Assembly (NCBI GenBank): GCA_016196625.1
Contig: JACPXH010000004.1
Location: 71,993-135,992, forward strand
Origin: Candidatus Parcubacteria bacterium
GTDB taxonomy: Bacteria > Patescibacteriota > Minisyncoccia > JACPXH01
Length of the DNA stretch: 64,000 nt
Direction: 5' to 3'
Shown piece by piece: positions 19,882 to 29,235 of this stretch. Position numbers and translations under genes: made by a program. Position 1 is the stretch's first letter. Every line of letters starts with the position of its first letter. The notes beneath the pieces were generated by a model that saw only the letters and a program-made list of their open reading frames with translations, was not told the origin of the DNA and made no database searches.

Positions 19882-20625
19882 TCAAGCCATAGTTAGAACT
19901 TCCGGGCCGCTTTCGGTAATCGCTACCGTGTGCTCAAAGTGAGCAGCAAGTCCTCCGTCTTTAGTCTTCCACACGCCGCGCGCCCCCTCCACGACCCCCG
20001 CGCCTCCGGTAACCACCATCGGTTCAACGGCGAGCGTCATGCCAACTTCGAGTTGCACGCCACCCCCGGGCTTGCCGGTGTTTGGCACCATCGGCTCCTC
20101 GTGAGGCTCACGACCAACACCATGCCCCACGAGCTCACGCACCACCGCGAAACCATGCTGCCCGACAAACTGTTCAATGGCCCAACCAACATCTCCGGTC
20201 GTCGCCCCAACCTCGAGCGCATGAATGCCCACCTCGAGCGCCTTACGGGTTACCTCAATGAGTCGGCGCGCTTCTGCACTCAACGGCTCGACTCCAACCG
20301 TGACCGAAGTGTCGGTATAAAATTCCCGGTGCCGAATGCCCAAATCCAAACTCACAACGTCCCCGGCTTCGAGCACCCTTTGGGACGGCACGCCGTGCAC
20401 CACTTCGTCGTTGACGGAGACGCATAGCGCCGCCGGAAAATTCCGGTAGCCCTTAAAGGCCGGCGTTACGGCCACGTCGTTAATGAGGTGCTCGGCAAAT
20501 TCATTGAGTGCCGCAGTGCTGCCTCCTGCCCGGACCTCGCGAGCCACCGCCCGAAGCATACGCGCGAGGATTCTGCCACCCTCGCGCATAATTGCTATTT
20601 CCTCTTTGGTCTTCAAGTAAAGCAT
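19882..20625 (-). CDS. map: Methionine aminopeptidase type I
   Basis: Pita-bread fold with metal ligands (D, D, H, E, E). Start MLYLKTKEEIAIMREGG. The 5' 47 bp are duplicated 145 bp upstream. Confidence 0.85.
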   Translation of the reverse strand: MLYLKTKEEIAIMREGGRILARMLRAVAREVRAGGSTAALNEFAEHLINDVAVTPAFKGYRNFPAALCVSVNDEVVHGVPSQRVLEAGDVVSLDLGIRHREFYTDTSVTVGVEPLSAEARRLIEVTRKALEVGIHALEVGATTGDVGWAIEQFVGQHGFAVVRELVGHGVGREPHEEPMVPNTGKPGGGVQLEVGMTLAVEPMVVTGGAGVVEGARGVWKTKDGGLAAHFEHTVAITESGPEVLTMA

Positions 20626-20771
20626 AGAAGCCGGGGCGTTCCGGTTCCTCGATGAACTCGGAACATCGGAGCGCCCGTTCGGCCGAGCGCGCGCAAAGCA
20701 GTTTGCGCGCGCCAACGGCCTCACCCCTCGCGCATAATTGCTATTTCCTCTTTGGTCTTCAAGTGAAACAT

Positions 20772-21434
20772 CTACGTCAGGTGCGTCGCCACTGCCTGCG
20801 CCAGCTCTCCAGCGACCACCTCGATGGGCCGCTCGCCCTTTACGCGCGTGAGCCGCCCCTGTGTTTCGTAGTAGTGAACAAGAGGCATGATGTCTACATC
20901 AAACCAGTCGAGTCGTTTCTCGATTGCCTCGGGGGTATCGTCAGGACGGTTCACGAGTCGGCCGCCGCACACGACACACTGCTGTTCGGCCGCTGCGTCT
21001 GCGACCGGACCTGACAGCGTCGCACAACCCTCGCAGATGCGCCGACCCATGAGCCTCCGTCGCGCCTCCTCGCGGCTAATGTCGAGCAAAAACACGTGCA
21101 CGTTCGTCCGTTCGTACCACGCAAGAATCTCATCAATAAGCTTCGCCTCCTCGAGCCGCCTAGGTGTGCCATCAAAAATCACCCCTTGGTCAGGCGCGAT
21201 TTTATCAATGAGTTCCGCCAGCCAGAGGTGTGCGCCCAACCAATAGGGCGGCAACCCACCAGCATCAATAATGGATCTGACCTTCTGACCAGTCCAAGAA
21301 GAAGTTGCGGCGAGCTCGCGGAAGCGATCGCCTGGGCTAACAGCGGCCAACCCGAAACGTTCGGCCAGGCGCCTGGCCTGCGTACCCTTACCGCAACCTG
21401 AGCGGCCTAAAATTACAACATCGATAACTGCCAT
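20772..21434 (-). CDS. adk: Adenylate kinase with zinc-binding lid
   Basis: P-loop GRSGCGKGTQ and a LID with CEGC...CVVCGG. Confidence 0.9.
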   Translation of the reverse strand: MAVIDVVILGRSGCGKGTQARRLAERFGLAAVSPGDRFRELAATSSWTGQKVRSIIDAGGLPPYWLGAHLWLAELIDKIAPDQGVIFDGTPRRLEEAKLIDEILAWYERTNVHVFLLDISREEARRRLMGRRICEGCATLSGPVADAAAEQQCVVCGGRLVNRPDDTPEAIEKRLDWFDVDIMPLVHYYETQGRLTRVKGERPIEVVAGELAQAVATHLT

Positions 21435-21806
21435 GCTCCCAGCATACCAACTTCACCCATCCTCCTCAACCCCGCCTGATCGACAAAGGACCCCGAAGGT
21501 TACTGTCGAGAAAAGCGCCGCCCCGCACGAGTCTACCGAAGCAGAGACCGTGCTGGGTAAACTCCGGCTGAGCTCCTGAGGCGAGGCGCAGCCCCGAGGC
21601 GACATCCGCAGCTGACGGGCATGGTGGGCGCTGCCGGAGCAGCGACCCCGTCAGCGAGGACAGAGTGAGCGAGTCGCTGGACGAGCGAATGCTCGCAGAG
21701 GGGCTGTGCCTCGCCGATCGTACGACACGTAAGGCAGGAGACGGCCCGCTCGCTGGACAGGCCGACACGTCTTTTCGAGACAGTACCCGAGGGGACACGG
21801 TGACAA

Positions 21807-23084
21807 TCAAAATCCTTCGTACTCGCGCATGACGAGCTGAGCTTTGACTTGTTTGGCGGTCTCGAGCACCACCGAAACCACAATCAGCAAAGCGGTACCA
21901 CCAATGGTGAGCGTCGTGATACGCAAAAATCCCTGGATGATCAACGGTAAAACGGCAATAAGCCCCAAGAAAACTGCGCCCCCCAAGGTGATGCGTGTCA
22001 AAATACGGTAGAGATATTCAGCTGTGGTATTGCCCGGACGGATGCCGGGAATGAAGCCGCCCTGCTTTTGCAGGTTGGAAGAAATTGCTTGCGGGTCGAA
22101 CGTGACCGCGGTGTAAAAATAGGTAAAGAGAACGACCAAAACAAAGTAGAGCCCGCCATAGACCAACTGGTTTTGGGTAAGGCTGGTTAGGAACTGGGCG
22201 AGCGCGGTCAATTGGGGTACTCGACTCAAGAAAGCACCAATCATACTGGGGAAGAGAAGGATGGAGAGCGCAAAGATAATGGGGATGACGCCGGCCTGAT
22301 TGACTCGGAGGGGCAAGTGCGTCGAGATGCCGCCGTACATCCGAGAGCCCCGAATGCGCTTGGCATAGGAAACCGGCACGGCTCGTTCGCCTTCATTGAT
22401 CAGCACCACTCCGGCAATAACGATCACCGCAATGGCCAGGAAGGCAATAACGCTCGGTACTTTCGACGCCTCGAACGTTGCGCTAAAACGCGTGAAATCC
22501 GTCGGGAAACGCGCCACGATGCCGGCGAAGATAATGAGCGAAACACCGTTGCCCAAACCCTTTTCGGTAATGAGTTCCCCCAACCACATGAGCACAATAC
22601 TGCCGGCCGTGATGATAAGCATATCGGCCACGAGCCCAAAGAGCGAAAGGTTGGAGAGCAACCCCTGCCGGGCAAGGAGCGTAAGCAACCCATAGCCCTG
22701 CAGCAAGGCGAGCGGAACTGTGAGCAGGCGCGAATACTGGTTGAAGCGCTGACGACCCGCCTCCCCCTCTTCCTGATACATTTCTTTGAGGCGCGGGAAA
22801 ATCATAGTCAGTAACTGCATAATGATGGAAGCGGTAATGTAGGGTCCCACACCCAACATCATGACCGAAAGATTGGCTAGGGCACTGCCGGAAAACAAAT
22901 TGAGCAACCCCAAGATCTGACCGGTCTCGCCAGAGAATAAATTTTGGAGCTGGGCGGCGTTAACGCCGGGCACTGGCACGGTAGCGCCCAACCTGAAAAT
23001 AGCCAGGAGCGCCAACACAAAGATGGCCTTGCGGCGCAGGTCCCGCGCTTTTACAAATTGCGTCAGCGCTTCCCACATGGACAT
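21807..23084 (-). CDS. secY: Preprotein translocase SecY
   Basis: 10-TM SecY homology along the full length. Confidence 0.95.
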   Translation of the reverse strand: MSMWEALTQFVKARDLRRKAIFVLALLAIFRLGATVPVPGVNAAQLQNLFSGETGQILGLLNLFSGSALANLSVMMLGVGPYITASIIMQLLTMIFPRLKEMYQEEGEAGRQRFNQYSRLLTVPLALLQGYGLLTLLARQGLLSNLSLFGLVADMLIITAGSIVLMWLGELITEKGLGNGVSLIIFAGIVARFPTDFTRFSATFEASKVPSVIAFLAIAVIVIAGVVLINEGERAVPVSYAKRIRGSRMYGGISTHLPLRVNQAGVIPIIFALSILLFPSMIGAFLSRVPQLTALAQFLTSLTQNQLVYGGLYFVLVVLFTYFYTAVTFDPQAISSNLQKQGGFIPGIRPGNTTAEYLYRILTRITLGGAVFLGLIAVLPLIIQGFLRITTLTIGGTALLIVVSVVLETAKQVKAQLVMREYEGF

Positions 23085-23528
23085 TTACACGACCACACTC
23101 CCGCCGGCGGCTTCAATTTTAGACCGGGCGCCCCCCGAGACCGCACACCCGCGCACCCTAAATGCCGCGTGCACCTCGCCCTCGCCCAAGATTTTGATCC
23201 GAGGAATGCGGCCGCGCACGCGTTCGACCGCGCCCGCTTTAAGCAATAGTTGTGGAGTGACCTCGCCACCCGAAGCGAAGAGCCGACCCAGTTCCCCGAT
23301 GTTCACACTGACGGGTTTGGCTTGGATACTCTTGAATTGATGCTTGGAGCGGCCCCGCTGCTTAGGAATTTTTTTGATGACGTCGCGCAGTGCCGGGCGA
23401 ATTTTGGCGCCAGCTCGGGATTTCTGCCCCTTGATACCGCGGCCGGAAAACGCCCCGCGCTTGCCGCCGCGGCCTACGCGCCGGCGGGCTTTCAAAGCAT
23501 GGAAGGGGCGGATAGTGTGGAGCTGCAT
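23085..23528 (-). CDS. rplO: 50S ribosomal protein L15
   Basis: L15 homology. Only 18 nt separate it from rpsE, leaving no room for an L30 gene. Confidence 0.9.
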   Translation of the reverse strand: MQLHTIRPFHALKARRRVGRGGKRGAFSGRGIKGQKSRAGAKIRPALRDVIKKIPKQRGRSKHQFKSIQAKPVSVNIGELGRLFASGGEVTPQLLLKAGAVERVRGRIPRIKILGEGEVHAAFRVRGCAVSGGARSKIEAAGGSVVV

Positions 23529-23546
23529 ACAGGCGGAACACCGAAA

Positions 23547-24014
23547 TTATCGCCGCGCCTTGAGCTGCCCGAGTGCCGCCATGGTGGCCCGGGCGATATT
23601 GAGCTTATTGGTCGAACGCGAGAGGATTTTGGCCGTGATGTTGCCAATGCCGGCGAGCGCGCATATCGCACGCACGGCGCTGCCGGCAATGATACCGCGG
23701 CCTTGCGCAGCTGGCCTCAAGTACACCTTGGCCGAACTGAACTTGGCCTCCACCTCATAATCAATGCTTCCCCGAACTGTCATGGGGACCGAAAGCAGCC
23801 GCTTCTTGGCCTGGTTTTTCGCTTTCTCGATGGCCTTTGAGACATCTGAACCCTTGCCGATGCCAACCCCAACCAGCCCTCGCCGGTTGCCGACGACAAC
23901 GGTGGCCCGGAAGGAAAAACGTCGGCCGCCAGCGACCACGCGGGCAACGCGCCTCACGTCAAGGACGGTATGATCGAACTCTGGTTTTTCTCTGCGAGCG
24001 GTAAAACGCGCCAT
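23547..24014 (-). CDS. rpsE: 30S ribosomal protein S5
   Basis: S5 N- and C-terminal domain homology. Confidence 0.9.
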   Translation of the reverse strand: MARFTARREKPEFDHTVLDVRRVARVVAGGRRFSFRATVVVGNRRGLVGVGIGKGSDVSKAIEKAKNQAKKRLLSVPMTVRGSIDYEVEAKFSSAKVYLRPAAQGRGIIAGSAVRAICALAGIGNITAKILSRSTNKLNIARATMAALGQLKARR

Positions 24015-24030
24015 GACAATGGAAATGGTG

Positions 24031-24390
24031 TCAGAACTTTAGCCCCGCGATCCGAGCTGCTTCAGCTAGCGCTTTAACCCGACCGTGGTAGCGCCTGCCG
24101 GCCCGATCGAACACGACGGCCGTAATCTGTTTTGCTTTTGCAGCCTGTGCAATCAACCTGCCCACGGCTTCAGCTGTTTTACACCGACCGCCAGAAGTTT
24201 TCTTCAGACCTAAGTCAGAAGTAGCGGCCAAGGTGAGACCGTTCGCATCATCAATGAGCTGAGCATAAATGTGCTGGCTCGAACGGAACACCGCGAGACG
24301 CGGACGTTGAGCTGTGCCTGAAACTTTTGACCGGACGCGTTTGCGGCGCCGCAAGAGTCGAACCTGACCGGTAATCGTACGACCCGCCAT
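24031..24390 (-). CDS. rplR: 50S ribosomal protein L18
   Basis: L18 homology. Start at internal MAGRTITGQ. Confidence 0.85.
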   Translation of the reverse strand: MAGRTITGQVRLLRRRKRVRSKVSGTAQRPRLAVFRSSQHIYAQLIDDANGLTLAATSDLGLKKTSGGRCKTAEAVGRLIAQAAKAKQITAVVFDRAGRRYHGRVKALAEAARIAGLKF

Positions 24391-24397
24391 GGTGTGG

Positions 24398-24949
24398 TTA
24401 CTTAGCCGAGGCCACGGCTTTCTTGCCGGCCTTGCGCCGGACAACTTCGCCTTCATACAGAATTCCCTTGCCCTTGTAAGGCTCAGGCCTTTTCAGCGCC
24501 CGGATGCTCGCCGCCGCCTGCCCGACCATTTCTTTATCAATGCCGGAGACGGTAATGACGTTCTTGGCTACGCCAAAAACAATGCCAGCTGGCGCGCTCA
24601 TCCGGACGGGATGCGAGAAGCCGAGTGCCAACACGAGATCGCTCCCTTGCACTTCTGCCCGGTAGCCGACGCCCTCGATGGTGAGCCGCTTTGCGAACCC
24701 CTCAGACACACCCACTACCATGTTGGCGACAAGCGCCCGCAATAAACCCCACCGGGCACGGTGCTGCCCAGCTGCCTCGGGCGTCTCGGGCGTGACGACC
24801 GCTTCACCCGCCGCAACACGCACCGTGAAAAAAAGCGGCACGAGACGAGTCAAAACTCCTTTGTGCCCCCGCACCGTGAGAGTTTGTCCGGTTATATCCA
24901 TCGTTACGCCCGCTGGAATGGGAATGGGTTTTTGACCGATACGCGACAT
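24398..24949 (-). CDS. rplF: 50S ribosomal protein L6
   Basis: L6 two-domain homology. Confidence 0.9.
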   Translation of the reverse strand: MSRIGQKPIPIPAGVTMDITGQTLTVRGHKGVLTRLVPLFFTVRVAAGEAVVTPETPEAAGQHRARWGLLRALVANMVVGVSEGFAKRLTIEGVGYRAEVQGSDLVLALGFSHPVRMSAPAGIVFGVAKNVITVSGIDKEMVGQAAASIRALKRPEPYKGKGILYEGEVVRRKAGKKAVASAK

Positions 24950-24960
24950 GGGTACGATAT

Positions 24961-25356
24961 TCAGAAAATTTCGCAGAGCATCTCTCCGCCGACATTAGAC
25001 TTCCGTGCTTCTTCGGCGGTTTGAATCCCCCGCGGAGTCGAAAGCACAGCGATCCCTCGACGGTGACGGCTCGACCGCAGCGTTCGCGCTCGCGCATATA
25101 CGCGCTGACCGGGTCGGGAGACACGTTTCGCTGATTCTATGCGCGGGGCACCGCTCTCATCGTATTTGAGCTCAACTTCGAGCCGCTTTTTGATTCGTTT
25201 GCCCCGCCGCGTGATCTCACCGACGTAGCCGGCGCTCTGCAGAATTTGAAGGATGGCCAGCTTCACTTTTGAATGTGGGATCACTGCCGTGTCCTTCCGG
25301 GCACGACTTGCGTTTTTGAGTCGCGTGAGCATATCAGCAATGGGATCGGTAAGCAT
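24961..25356 (-). CDS. rpsH: 30S ribosomal protein S8
   Basis: S8 homology. Confidence 0.9.
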   Translation of the reverse strand: MLTDPIADMLTRLKNASRARKDTAVIPHSKVKLAILQILQSAGYVGEITRRGKRIKKRLEVELKYDESGAPRIESAKRVSRPGQRVYARARTLRSSRHRRGIAVLSTPRGIQTAEEARKSNVGGEMLCEIF

Positions 25357-25362
25357 AGAGTT

Positions 25363-25548
25363 TTACCAAGAAGATTTCTTGATGCCCGGCAACTCGCCGC
25401 GGCTCGCCAACTCCCGAAAGCAAATCCGGCAGATGCCGAACTCGCGCAAGTATCCCCTCACCCGGCCACACCGAAAGCACCGTCGCACGACCCGAGTCGA
25501 GTACTTGGGCGGTCTAAGAGACTTGACGATGAGCGATGTTTTTGCCAT
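25363..25548 (-). CDS. rpsZ: 30S ribosomal protein S14 type Z (zinc-binding)
   Basis: 61 aa with CFRCG...CRIC. Start at internal MAKTSLIVK. Confidence 0.85.
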   Translation of the reverse strand: MAKTSLIVKSLRPPKYSTRVVRRCFRCGRVRGYLREFGICRICFRELASRGELPGIKKSSW

Positions 25549-25567
25549 ATGGGAGAGCGCAAGAAAA

Positions 25568-26143
25568 CTACTTCTCTTCGGCCCGAATCGGGAAACCGAA
25601 GAGCTGCAAGAGTGCCATGCCCTCCGCGCGACTGCGGGCATTCGTGACCACCGTTGCTTCTAACCCCCAAGTACTGCGCGCCTGTTCGGTTGAAATCTCG
25701 GGGAATACAATATGCTCTCGGATACCGATCGTCAAGTTGCCACGCTCATCAACGGACGATGCGTCAAGCCCACGGAAGTCATGCGTGCGGGGGAGTGCGA
25801 CCGAGATCAACCGATCCATGAAGTCGAACCTGCGCCTACCCCGCAGTGTCACCCGGTAGCCCACCAGCATGCCCTTGCGGCTTTTGAACGAAGCGACTGA
25901 TTTCCTCGCCGTAGTGGGAACGGGCTTCTGTCCAGAGATAGCCGTAAGGCCCGCGACGATATTGTCCGTGAGCGCCTTGTCCTTGGCTATGCGCCCGACG
26001 CCCACATTCAACACTACCTTAAGCACCCTGGGCACGGCCAGATCGTTACGATAACCGAACCGAGCCCGCATGGCCGGGACCACGGTGGCCCGATAGTGCA
26101 GTTGCAGACGGTGCGTTTTCTCTTTGGTGGTCTTTGCGGCCAT
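25568..26143 (-). CDS. rplE: 50S ribosomal protein L5
   Basis: L5 homology. Confidence 0.9.
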   Translation of the reverse strand: MAAKTTKEKTHRLQLHYRATVVPAMRARFGYRNDLAVPRVLKVVLNVGVGRIAKDKALTDNIVAGLTAISGQKPVPTTARKSVASFKSRKGMLVGYRVTLRGRRRFDFMDRLISVALPRTHDFRGLDASSVDERGNLTIGIREHIVFPEISTEQARSTWGLEATVVTNARSRAEGMALLQLFGFPIRAEEK

Positions 26144-26146
26144 AAA

Positions 26147-26452
26147 CTAGAAAGCAGCCCCACATTTCAGACACCCTCGGGATTTGTGCGCACCCGCCAT
26201 CACGACCTTGATCCGCGTGGGCTTACTACAGGTTGGGCACACCACCATCGCCTTGGCTGCCGAGAAGGAGGCCGGAAATTCAATCTTCTGCCCCTTCTCG
26301 CCGCCTTTCCGGGGACGGCGATGGCGCACCCGAATGTTGATCCCTTCAACGACCAGACGCCCAGCTCGCGGCAGAACCAGCAGCACCTTACCGCGCCGGC
26401 CGCGGTCTTTGCCGGAAAGCATGACAACGGTATCGCCTTTACGAAGTCGCAT
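26147..26452 (-). CDS. rplX: 50S ribosomal protein L24 (KOW) with C-terminal CxxC...CxxC
   Basis: KOW motif GDTVVMLSGKDRG. C-terminus has CPTC...CLKC. Confidence 0.85.
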   Translation of the reverse strand: MRLRKGDTVVMLSGKDRGRRGKVLLVLPRAGRLVVEGINIRVRHRRPRKGGEKGQKIEFPASFSAAKAMVVCPTCSKPTRIKVVMAGAHKSRGCLKCGAAF

Positions 26453-26456
26453 ACGA

Positions 26457-26822
26457 TTAGATAACCTCTTCGGCTAACGAAATGATTTTGTTAAAGCCGC
26501 GCTCGCGCAACTCTCGCGCAATAGGCCCAAAGATGCGCCCGCCTCTCGGCTCCTTGCCATCTACGACCACCGCGGCATTATCATCGAACCGCACATGGCT
26601 GCCGTCGCGCCGGCGGATGGCGCTGCGACTGCGCACAATCACGGCCCGCACCACGTCGCTCTTCTTGACGAGCTTGCGGGGTTCGGCTTCTTTGACCGCG
26701 CAAACGATAATATCACCCACGGCCGCATAGCGCCGGCGGGTACCGCCGAGCACCTTAATACACTGAAGCTTTTTGGCTCCGGTGTTATCGGCAACGCTCA
26801 ACATGGTTCGCGGCTGAATCAT
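26457..26822 (-). CDS. rplN: 50S ribosomal protein L14
   Basis: L14 homology. Confidence 0.9.
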   Translation of the reverse strand: MIQPRTMLSVADNTGAKKLQCIKVLGGTRRRYAAVGDIIVCAVKEAEPRKLVKKSDVVRAVIVRSRSAIRRRDGSHVRFDDNAAVVVDGKEPRGGRIFGPIARELRERGFNKIISLAEEVI

Positions 26823-27097
26823 ATCGTCGGCTCCTCATTTGTCTCCGGCGGTGAACTCTGCTCGCCTACCTTCGCTCGCACCGTCCAGTGCTTATCCTTA
26901 GAAACCGGCCGGGATTCAACGATCTCTACCACATCGCCCACCCGGTATTCGTCCGTGTGGCTGTGCACCTTGTAGCGTTTTGAGACAACGTAACGCTTCC
27001 GGTAGCGCGGGTGTGCCCGGAACACGTCAACGGCTACGATGAGCGTTTTCGCCATCTTGGTGGAAACAACTACTCCCCTAAGAACGCGTTTGGGCAT
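26819..27097 (-). CDS. rpsQ: 30S ribosomal protein S17
   Basis: S17 OB-fold homology. Confidence 0.9.
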   Translation of the reverse strand: MPKRVLRGVVVSTKMAKTLIVAVDVFRAHPRYRKRYVVSKRYKVHSHTDEYRVGDVVEIVESRPVSKDKHWTVRAKVGEQSSPPETNEEPTI

Positions 27098-27102
27098 AAG
27101 AT

Positions 27103-27294
27103 TTAGGCGGGCTTTGCTAAACGCAAAACAGTCAAAACCCGAGCGATATCGCGCCGGACCGTCCGGAGTTTGCGGACATTCTTCGACTTTGACGCAAGCT
27201 GTTCAAAGCGCACGGCTTGCAATGCACTCTGCAGCTTGGCGAGCTCTTGCGTCAACGCTTGGCGCGACTGCGTGCGCAGTTCAGAAGCCTTCAT
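27103..27294 (-). CDS. rpmC: 50S ribosomal protein L29
   Basis: L29 homology. Confidence 0.85.
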   Translation of the reverse strand: MKASELRTQSRQALTQELAKLQSALQAVRFEQLASKSKNVRKLRTVRRDIARVLTVLRLAKPA

Positions 27295-27701
27295 GATCGT
27301 GCCACTATTTTCGTTTTCAGCGGCAGCTTGTGCCCGGCCCGACGCAGTGCCTCCCGAGCCGCCACCATAGTCACCCCATCCATTTCAAAAAGGATCCGGC
27401 CGGGGCGAACCGCGGCGACGTAAAATTCGACACTCCCCTTGCCTCCGCCCATCGGAACCTCAACGCCTTTGCGGGTGACGGGTCTATCCGGAAAAATACG
27501 CACCCAGACCTTGCCGCTGCGCTGGGTCGCACGGGCCAGGGTGCGCCGGGCAGCCTCAATCTGACGCGCATTCACCCAGCATTCGTCAACGGCCATAAGA
27601 CCGACACTGCCGAAGGCGAGCTCCGTGCCACGCGCTTCGCGTTTCACGCGGGCCCGGCCCTTGTGCCATTTACGGTGCTTTACCTTCTTGGGAATCAACA
27701 T
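27291..27701 (-). CDS. rplP: 50S ribosomal protein L16
   Basis: L16 homology. Confidence 0.9.
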   Translation of the reverse strand: MLIPKKVKHRKWHKGRARVKREARGTELAFGSVGLMAVDECWVNARQIEAARRTLARATQRSGKVWVRIFPDRPVTRKGVEVPMGGGKGSVEFYVAAVRPGRILFEMDGVTMVAAREALRRAGHKLPLKTKIVARS

Positions 27702-27710
27702 ACGGGTCGG

Positions 27711-28355
27711 CTACTTGTCTTCGAAAACCTCCCCCTTGTAAATCCAGACCTTGACGCCGATGACGCCATACGGCGTAAACGTATGCTTCTGGGCATAATC
27801 AATGTTGGCGCGCAGCGACTGCAGCGGCAACTGCCCCTGCTGGAGCTTCTCTGATCGAGACATCTCGGCTCCTCCCAGCCGACCAGAAAGCATAATCTTG
27901 GCACCCTTGACGTCTCTAGACTGCATGATTTTCATCATCGTCTGCCTCATCACCCGACGGAACGGCAGCCGCTTGAGTAACTCTTGGGCAATCAGCTGGG
28001 CAATAAGGGCGGCCTCCGAGTCGGGTCGGCGCACCTCGCGCACCTCAAGGCGCACCTCCCGATCTTGAACTCCTAAGAGCCGCACGATGTCTTTCTTGAG
28101 CGTTTCAATACCCCCGCCACCGCGTCCCACCAGCACTCCGGGCCGACTCGTGGAGATGATAACCGTGGTGGTCGCGCCCGAACGCTCAATCTCCACCTTG
28201 GCGATGCCTGCTTTCTCGGCCTTTAAGGCCAGGAACCGCCGGAGCGCGACGTCTTGGGCAAGGAATTTTCGGTATGTGCGCGAGGTAAACCAGCGACTGA
28301 TCCAATTGGACGTCTGCCCCAAACGAAATGCGGTTGGATTCACTTTCTGGCCCAT
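27711..28355 (-). CDS. rpsC: 30S ribosomal protein S3
   Basis: KH plus S3-C domains. Start at internal MGQKVNPTAFRLG. Confidence 0.9.
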   Translation of the reverse strand: MGQKVNPTAFRLGQTSNWISRWFTSRTYRKFLAQDVALRRFLALKAEKAGIAKVEIERSGATTTVIISTSRPGVLVGRGGGGIETLKKDIVRLLGVQDREVRLEVREVRRPDSEAALIAQLIAQELLKRLPFRRVMRQTMMKIMQSRDVKGAKIMLSGRLGGAEMSRSEKLQQGQLPLQSLRANIDYAQKHTFTPYGVIGVKVWIYKGEVFEDK

Positions 28356-28362
28356 GTGATCG

Positions 28363-28884
28363 TTACATCGCTTTACGACGAAATACTCTCCGGCCAAACT
28401 CGGTCATGCGCCGCCGCGGAGCTGGCCGCACCTTGGCTGCCTCTCGGAGACCCTTCTTGCCTTCCCGCTCTGACTCCCGGTGTTGCTCCCGGTCTGCCGG
28501 CACCGACGCCACAGCTGCTGTGGTCACAACTGGCCGGCGCTCTTCGGCGGCGGCGCGTTCTGTCAACACGAGCGTGACATGGCTTGTCCGGCGCCCGAGG
28601 GGGTGCGTGAGTCCTCGCGAACGAGGGCGGAAACGCTTGAGCGTCGCTCCCGCGTCCACCGTTATTTCAGACACCATCAGATTGGACTCTTCAAGCCCGA
28701 AGGTATGCTTGGCGTTGGCGACGGCTGATTCGAGTAATTTACGGATCGGTTCTGCCGACCGCCTCAATAGAAACAGCAGCTGTGCTCTTGCGTCAACGAC
28801 CCGCCGCCCCCTGAGCAATTCCGCCACGGCCCGCACCTTCCGTGGGCTCAGGCGCAAATAGTTAAGTTCAGCCCTGACCTTCAT
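28363..28884 (-). CDS. rplV: 50S ribosomal protein L22 with basic C-terminal extension
   Basis: L22 homology. Confidence 0.85.
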   Translation of the reverse strand: MKVRAELNYLRLSPRKVRAVAELLRGRRVVDARAQLLFLLRRSAEPIRKLLESAVANAKHTFGLEESNLMVSEITVDAGATLKRFRPRSRGLTHPLGRRTSHVTLVLTERAAAEERRPVVTTAAVASVPADREQHRESEREGKKGLREAAKVRPAPRRRMTEFGRRVFRRKAM

Positions 28885-28893
28885 AAAGAATGG

Positions 28894-29223
28894 TTACGCC
28901 GCTTTTTTGTCGGGTTCGGGTTTCGGCGAAACAACCTCGGCCTCCTTAGCTTCGATCCCCCGCTGCATCTTGCCACCGTGCCGAACGAACTTTCGGGTAA
29001 GCGCAAACTCGCCCAGCCGGTGGCCCACCATCTCTTCACGCATAAGAACCGGCACGTGCTCCCGGCCATTGTGCACGCCGATGGTGTAACCAATCATCTC
29101 CGGGGTGACGACAGAAGCGCGGGCCCATGTTTTGATAACGGTTTTATCACCCGACCGCAGACGGCGGATCTTGCTCATAAGTTTTTCGTCCACATAGGGA
29201 CCCTTCTTTAGACTGCGCGACAT
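28894..29223 (-). CDS. rpsS: 30S ribosomal protein S19
   Basis: S19 homology ([10 protein letters not shown]-like). Confidence 0.9.
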   Translation of the reverse strand: MSRSLKKGPYVDEKLMSKIRRLRSGDKTVIKTWARASVVTPEMIGYTIGVHNGREHVPVLMREEMVGHRLGEFALTRKFVRHGGKMQRGIEAKEAEVVSPKPEPDKKAA

Positions 29224-29235
29224 AACGAAAGTTTA

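Noticed and set aside
21466-21883. ORFs 21466..21810 and 21533..21883 (-) in the secY-adk spacer
   Set aside because: Low-complexity S/R/P-rich translations, TTG start overlapping the secY stop, no SD. The region is better explained as structured non-coding DNA.
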